Of a DNA stretch of 64,000 nt, positions 58,537-64,000 are shown in pieces. The notes below the pieces were generated by a model that was given only the letters and a program-made list of their open reading frames with translations, had not been told where the DNA came from and did no database searches. The stretch is from the IMG/VR virus record IMGVR_UViG_3300042923_000241, positions 13,757 through 77,756 of that record; one strand, written 5' to 3'. How positions within the stretch are numbered: position 1 is the first letter of the stretch; the number at the start of each line of letters is the position of its first letter. Source of the DNA: a virus. The position numbers and the translations under genes are program-made.

Positions 58537-60264
58537 AATGGGAAGATATTGAGCGTCAATATTTCACAGAGGAAGAAATCAAAGAATCTCACAGAATTGT
58601 TGATTTGGTAGTTTCTGAAATCAGAAAACCTAAAGGCAGAAAGCGACTAGCACAACGGTTGCTGATGGAATCTTGTCGGTATGGTGTTGGCGATGAGTAG
58701 AATAGTTTGGCAAGAAGTAATTTATCGGTGTGATGGAGAGTTTTGCAACGACAGCGATAATGTTTATTGTCACATGGAAGAAAGAAATATTCAAAAAAAG
58801 CCGAGAATAGCAGATCGGCAAATTAAATTAGAAGGTTGGTTAATCAAACGTGACGGTACTTGCTATTGTCCTGATTGTGCTAAAAAACTAAGGAGTGCAA
58901 AAAGCAATGCCTAAAATAGCAGGAAAAATTGTTTGCCCTGGTTGTGCTGGTGCTAATGTAAAAGATTTAGGCGGGGTTCATTATGTAAAAACAGGCGAAG
59001 GGTTTGGGCATGAAAAAGTTCAAACAGGGCATCAATGTAAAGATTGCGGAAGAGTTTGGAATGAATAAGTCGGAACGAAATGAGGTTAATCCGCTATGTT
59101 AACCCAACAAGACAAAGAACTAATTGACAACTTCTTTGGCAATCTGACAATTGAGGAATTAAAAGACAAATTGCGTTTAGTAGGGGTTGATTTCGTTAAA
59201 GAGAAAACCAGTAAACAAGACAAAGAACAACTTGATAATTCATTCAAAGAACGTACCTACGAACAGTTAAGACAAGGCTTGACTGATAACGGAACATTGC
59301 TAGACGACATTTTGCCGTTTGGCGAACCTGTGAGGGTGGTTAGAGCGGAAGGCAATGTTGCTTCGCTTTCTACATATAGTCCGTCTGACAAAATCCACAT
59401 ATGTTCTGCGTGTAGACTAACCCAAGATACCTGCGGTCATGTTCCAGATAACACATATCTTTGTAAATATGGTCAAGTAGTGTTAAGAGGTGGAGAATAA
59501 TGTTATCCTTGCAAGAAAAAGCATTAACAATTGAGCAATTCAGCGAGTTAATGAACTATGTCATTAAACATCACAGATTTGGCGTTCCGCGTGGCAAGTT
59601 TATTAAATACGTTAGACCGCATTTTGACTTACGAGATCAAAGAGTGTTTAGTATTACGTTTGACAATATGGGTAAGACTTTTGATTCCAGGGACAACGAC
59701 AAGTCGATGTATGACAACATTATGAAGTGGTTAAAAGAGGGAGAGAAATGAGAAAAGGTTCAAACATACATGTGCGCCGATTGCTACAATTACTTGACTT
59801 GCTAGAAACTAGAAAAGACACAACAAAGAACGGGTTTAACAAAGAGAGTAATAGCCGTTGGCGAATGGGGATTAAGGCGTTTAGGATGGGGAAGAGTCTT
59901 ATCAGTGATGGGGGTAAATAAAAATGTTAACAAGGGCTTCACTAATTCACGCATTGCAACTACATAGTTGCCCAATATTATACACAGTATGTATTCCGCA
60001 AAAAGTTCCTTATTCTACCGCTAATTTTACGGACGATATAACATTGGCAAATCCTCTTGTAAAAATTGAAACAATCGACGTTAGAGATGCAATTATATAC
60101 GCCCTCAAAGACATAGACAACCAAATCGATGAAGCACAACGAATGGTAAGGAAGGCTCAGGACGAGTTAACTGAGTATAAAAAGGCACATGCTGAATTTG
60201 AATCGTTTAAAAGATTCCAAGCGGAACAAGGACACGCCCGGACTTATGGGAGGTAGAGAGAATA

Positions 60265-61053
60265 ATGGCCAACAACTTTAGCAATGATAGAACAGGCACA
60301 GGCACACGCGAATGGTCTGAATACTCAATGAATATAGGATTAGGTTGTAGAAACAAATGCCGTTATTGCTATGCAACGATTCATGCCTTACGGTACAAAC
60401 GCATTGCCAATAGGGACGAATGGGAGAATGAAACAGTAAGGGATAATGCTTTTCCTAATGGCATGGGTAAGCGAGTTGGCGTTATCATGTTCCCGACAAT
60501 TCACGACATTACGCCAACATATCTTGAAAAGTCTATTGACGTACTTGTAAAAACATTGAAAAATGCCAACAATGTGCTAATCGTTTCAAAACCGAGAATC
60601 GATTGCATTGCACCGTTGCTAATTGCTCTCGAACCGTTCAAAGAACAAGTGCTGTTTAGGTTTACAATTGGAACATTAGACAACGAACTGTCTAAGTTTT
60701 GGGAACCCGGCGCACCGTTGCCAAACGAACGCATTGAATGTTTGAAGTTGACCTATGAGTCTGGATTCAAAACATCTGTCAGTATGGAACCAATGTTGTC
60801 CGGCAAAGAAGATGCTATTAAGACCTTTGAGGCAGTTGAGCCTTATGTTACAGACAAGATATGGCTAGGCAAAATGAATAAGATTAATCAACGTGTCTTG
60901 ATGGACGACGAATCGGTTGCCGTTGCAGTACAAAAGATCAAAGACTTGCAATCGGACAGCGAAGTCGCAACCTTATACAATGCGTTGAAGGATAATCCTA
61001 AAGCAGAATGGAAGGACTCAGTTAAACAGGTTGTTGGTATTGTTCCGGCTTAA
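60265..61053 (+). CDS. radical SAM protein (SPL/DUF5131-like)
   Basis: GCRNKCRYCYA (CxxxCxxC), WEPGAP...RI, TSVSMEPML. Confidence 0.8.
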   Translation: MANNFSNDRTGTGTREWSEYSMNIGLGCRNKCRYCYATIHALRYKRIANRDEWENETVRDNAFPNGMGKRVGVIMFPTIHDITPTYLEKSIDVLVKTLKNANNVLIVSKPRIDCIAPLLIALEPFKEQVLFRFTIGTLDNELSKFWEPGAPLPNERIECLKLTYESGFKTSVSMEPMLSGKEDAIKTFEAVEPYVTDKIWLGKMNKINQRVLMDDESVAVAVQKIKDLQSDSEVATLYNALKDNPKAEWKDSVKQVVGIVPA

Positions 61054-61101
61054 CAGCCGGACTTTTTTTGTTTCTACCTAAAACTCCCTGTTTCAAAGCA
61101 G

Positions 61102-61149
61102 TTTACAATAATCACTTTTTGCGATACACTAAACACAAACATATGTTCT
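61102..61149 (+). promoter_or_regulatory. sigma-A promoter with a Firmicute LexA (Cheo) box
   Basis: TTTACA-17-TACACT followed by AAAC-ATAT-GTTC (one mismatch to GAAC-N4-GTTC). Confidence 0.65.
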
Positions 61150-61161
61150 TCGGAGGGTGTA

Positions 61162-61398
61162 ATGAGAAAGGTATTTGTGAAGGTAATTGCGGAGCATGAA
61201 CCTGATGGACGTTGCAAACCGCTATCAATCGAATGGGAAGATGGACGTATTTTTGAGATTGACCGTGTTCTTGATGTTCGACAAGCGGCCTCGTTGAAGG
61301 CTGGCGGTCTAGGCATACGGTACAAATGTCGAATCTTAGGCAAGGAAACGTTTATTTGGGACGAAGAAGGACGTTGGTTTGTAGAAGGGAAGTATTAA
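61162..61398 (+). CDS. small SOS-associated protein (family often seen beside Y-family polymerases)
   Basis: P...WEDGR.FEIDRVLD...AASLKAGG.GIRY.C.I.G...WFVE; LexA box upstream. Confidence 0.6.
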   Translation: MRKVFVKVIAEHEPDGRCKPLSIEWEDGRIFEIDRVLDVRQAASLKAGGLGIRYKCRILGKETFIWDEEGRWFVEGKY

Positions 61399-61472
61399 AT
61401 TTATCTTGATGTTTTGCGTTCGTTTAGCAGGAATTGGCTGGAAATAATAGTATATTATCGTTGGGTGATAAT

Positions 61473-61667
61473 ATGCTGAAAAATAAATTAAAATCATGGC
61501 GACATAGGCTGGAAATGAATCAGACTGAGTTCGCCCAACACCTTGGCTACACAATCGGGCAGTACAATCTGTGGGAAAATCAAAAACGCCAGCCTGACCT
61601 AGAAAACGCTTGGCAGATAGCCAGAAAATTAAACTGCACTATCAATGACCTGTTTGAAGAAGTTTGA
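61473..61667 (+). CDS. XRE HTH regulator
   Basis: KNKLKSWR...NQTEFAQ...WEN..RQP.LE.A..IA. Confidence 0.85.
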   Translation: MLKNKLKSWRHRLEMNQTEFAQHLGYTIGQYNLWENQKRQPDLENAWQIARKLNCTINDLFEEV

Positions 61668-61797
61668 ACAGGTCATTTTTTTATTCCGCAAATAATTTCA
61701 TCGCGGACTAGCAACTTTTTGACGGTGACGCATATAAATAAAATAAAAACAACAGTGGGGTGAATATGGCATCCCATATAGCAAAGGAGGGCTTGAA

Positions 61798-62076
61798 GTG
61801 TTAGAGATTCCTGTTGCGGCGAAGATTATTCCGTTGGCTCTAGCTGGCATGATTGCTTTATCGCCATTGCCAAAACCTGATGCATTATTAGAAATGGCTA
61901 AAACCACAAAGATTTACAAAGAGCATGTGACAACTGATAACGGCTATACAGAAACTATCACTATTACCGAGCGTGATTCTAACGAGAAGAAGGGTATAGT
62001 GTCAAAAGCGGGTTCTGAAATATGGCAAGTAGGCAAGGGTGTTTGCAAGAAAGTCTACTGGTGGATTAAAAAGTAA
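61798..62076 (+). CDS. membrane/exported hypothetical protein
   Basis: AGGAGG RBS; hydrophobic N-terminus. Confidence 0.55.
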   Translation: MLEIPVAAKIIPLALAGMIALSPLPKPDALLEMAKTTKIYKEHVTTDNGYTETITITERDSNEKKGIVSKAGSEIWQVGKGVCKKVYWWIKK

Positions 62077-63164
62077 TGGGCATGTTGGCGAAGTGGTTAG
62101 CCAAGCGAAGAGGAACAGAATTGCCTTTCGTTGTTGCCGATACGGTAAAAATACTGTGGCCTGATGAAACGCCGACACTAATCAGGCAGAGCAAGACAGA
62201 CACGGGTTATGAGTTTGTATATGTCATGCCACGGAATCTGAGTTTTGATGATTTCATGCGCAAAGAGGGAAATTTCAGAGCGGCGACAGGTTGTAAAATT
62301 GCCTTTGATATTAACGGCAAGGCGTTAACAATGCAAGTGTTTGAATCCGAATTGCCTAAAGAAATAGACTACAAATGGAATCCATCTGACTATCAAAAGA
62401 TGCACCTTCCTATACCGCTTGGAATCAGCTTAGACGGTGTGTATGTAGTTGATTTGGCAGAACTACCCCATATGTTTTTATCCGGCCCTACAGGAACAGG
62501 AAAGTCAATGATAACTAGAAGCATAGCAACTAGCCTGCAACTTGGAAGTTCTGAAAAAATGTTTATGGTTGTCGTTGACTATGGAGAGGTTGACTATCTT
62601 TGGCTGGAAAATCACGCTTTGCTTGTGACTGACCAAGAAAAGGCTTTGCAGGTATTTCAGCTATTGAACAAGGAGATGGACAGACGAAAGAAGCTGCTCG
62701 TTAAATATCGAGTAGAAAAGGTCACTAAGCTGCCGGAGCCTATACCGTTTATTGTTGTGCTGATCGATGAATTTGTGGAGATAAAAGACGATGAGAAAAG
62801 CATTAAGCTAGTTGACCGGCTATGCAGGGTTGGCAGAAAAACAGGCATACATATTGTAGCTGCTACACAGAGATTGTCGCATACGGCTGTCAAGGGCGCA
62901 GGCGATATTAAACACAACTTCCCTGCTAGACTGTCCTTTCGCTGTGATGCGGTCAATTCCAGGATGATTTTAGGTGATGATTGCGACATGGCTAGTAAAC
63001 TGCCGAACGTCAAAGGAAGGGCAATATTCCGCAATGGTGAACCGATTGAGTTGCAGACATTCCGAATCGACCCTCAACTAGCCGGTAAATTGGTCAATCA
63101 ACTTCCTTATCAGCAGGAGGTTTTCAACGTTGAACAATCACCAATTATGTTACCGCCGAGATAG
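62076..63164 (+). CDS. FtsK/SpoIIIE-family ATPase
   Basis: PHMFLSGPTGTGKS, VVLIDE, GIHIVAATQR, S.MILG, KGRAI. Confidence 0.92.
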   Translation: MGMLAKWLAKRRGTELPFVVADTVKILWPDETPTLIRQSKTDTGYEFVYVMPRNLSFDDFMRKEGNFRAATGCKIAFDINGKALTMQVFESELPKEIDYKWNPSDYQKMHLPIPLGISLDGVYVVDLAELPHMFLSGPTGTGKSMITRSIATSLQLGSSEKMFMVVVDYGEVDYLWLENHALLVTDQEKALQVFQLLNKEMDRRKKLLVKYRVEKVTKLPEPIPFIVVLIDEFVEIKDDEKSIKLVDRLCRVGRKTGIHIVAATQRLSHTAVKGAGDIKHNFPARLSFRCDAVNSRMILGDDCDMASKLPNVKGRAIFRNGEPIELQTFRIDPQLAGKLVNQLPYQQEVFNVEQSPIMLPPR

Positions 63165-63756
63165 TGATGTAATTTTGTCGCTTAAAGAAATGGGAGCATT
63201 AGACCTTTATCAGATCAAACATCTGTATTTCCCAAGCATCAGAACGGCGCGAAGACGCATGGAGATTTTGGCTAAAAAGAAAGGTGTTAATCGTGTTCGT
63301 CCGTCTATTGACTTGCCTTATCATTATTGGGTAGGCCGAAAGCCTGGACAGTTAGAGCATAGAATAGGCACTAATTACGCCAGACTGTATTTAGATGAAG
63401 GTCTAAAATCGTGGGAAACAAAGCATTCTTGGGAATACGAACCACAATATTATGACATTCTCAGGCCGGACGGATTCATGGCAATTAAGAATACCACTAC
63501 AAATAAGCTGAAATGCCTGTTTGTTGAGTTTGACCGATGCTTTGATCCTTTTGATAAGGTGCAGAAATACAACGAACTGTACGCCAATGGTGGCTTTGTT
63601 GGCGCATGGTGGGCTAAACTGGTTGACAGATTTCCTGCTATATTGGTCGTTAGTGAAGATGTTGGCAGAGCGCAGAAGCAATTAAAAAACAACAAACACA
63701 ACCTAGAATTCAGATTCGTTGATTATCGACAAATAAGGGGGCAATTCTCTTGTTAG
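63130..63756 (+). CDS. replication-relaxation (Replic_Relax) family protein
   Basis: RD..VIL, QLEH, LRPDG, FVEFDR, KVQKY; coupled to the FtsK gene. Confidence 0.82.
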   Translation: MNNHQLCYRRDSDVILSLKEMGALDLYQIKHLYFPSIRTARRRMEILAKKKGVNRVRPSIDLPYHYWVGRKPGQLEHRIGTNYARLYLDEGLKSWETKHSWEYEPQYYDILRPDGFMAIKNTTTNKLKCLFVEFDRCFDPFDKVQKYNELYANGGFVGAWWAKLVDRFPAILVVSEDVGRAQKQLKNNKHNLEFRFVDYRQIRGQFSC

Positions 63757-63980
63757 GCAAAATGCTGTGGGAAGTGTTCGGCCCCGGTGGTCAAGGGTTC
63801 GCGATCACAATAGTTGTCGTGCTGAACTTTGGCGTATGGATATACTCAGAGATCATCATGGCAAGCGGTGGCGAAACAAGAAGCATTGAGAAGCTAAAGA
63901 AATTCTCAGTAGTGAGCATCGTTCTGACAAGCGCAATGTACATAGTCAACGGGATTTTTAGCAAAATGGCAGGGGGATAG
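63750..63980 (+). CDS. small 2-TM membrane protein
   Basis: two hydrophobic helices; overlaps the relaxase stop. Confidence 0.55.
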   Translation: MLGKMLWEVFGPGGQGFAITIVVVLNFGVWIYSEIIMASGGETRSIEKLKKFSVVSIVLTSAMYIVNGIFSKMAGG

Positions 63981-64000
63981 TATCAGTGTTGCCACTTCCC

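Noticed and set aside
60265-61053. Radical SAM protein as the NrdG activase for the 50914 protein
   Set aside because: It lacks the activase-type GGEP motif; WEPGAP and SMEP motifs fit the SPL/DUF5131-like group
61425-61456. SigH promoter (GCAGGAATT...GTAT) before the HTH gene
   Set aside because: The -35 fits but the -10 deviates from GAAT; not enough to call
1-64000. CRISPR or other regular repeat-spacer array
   Set aside because: No equal-length direct repeats with unique spacers were seen; the only tandem repeats are coding (NUMOD3) or short iteron-like ones

Overview
The whole 64 kb window is part of one tailed, lambda-like siphovirus-type phage genome or prophage. The host is probably a spore-forming Firmicute, possibly a diderm Negativicute; this is inferred from a SigH-like sigma factor, the SSB style and possible spanin-like genes. 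Order of modules: (1) 1-15 kb, replication and early-middle genes (DNA methyltransferase, initiator, DnaC-like loader, SigH-like sigma, SpoU methylase, PAPS-reductase-like, SSB, HNH, RusA, nucleotidyltransferases, 3D-domain protein, MazG-like, late activator). (2) A GIY-YIG endonuclease followed by about 630 nt of densely structured non-coding sequence that includes a tRNA-like element. (3) 16.9-21.7 kb, a leftward operon of small genes with DUF3560, an XRE protein, long intergenic RNA hairpins and a likely twister ribozyme. (4) A non-coding gap with a dif-like XerCD site and a GC-rich putative packaging region. (5) Putative TerS, accessory nucleotide enzymes, TerL, then head, tail and lysis genes to about 52 kb. 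(6) An accessory operon led by a GGQ release-factor-like gene and ending in a radical SAM gene. (7) An SOS-boxed small gene and an FtsK plus Replic_Relax module. No integrase, CRISPR array or reverse transcriptase is visible. The best leads are the structured RNA cluster, the twister ribozyme, a stand-alone NrdD glycyl-radical 'spare part' protein, two stand-alone ClpX zinc-finger proteins, and a set of dormancy-related genes. All calls come from reading motifs by eye; no searches were run.
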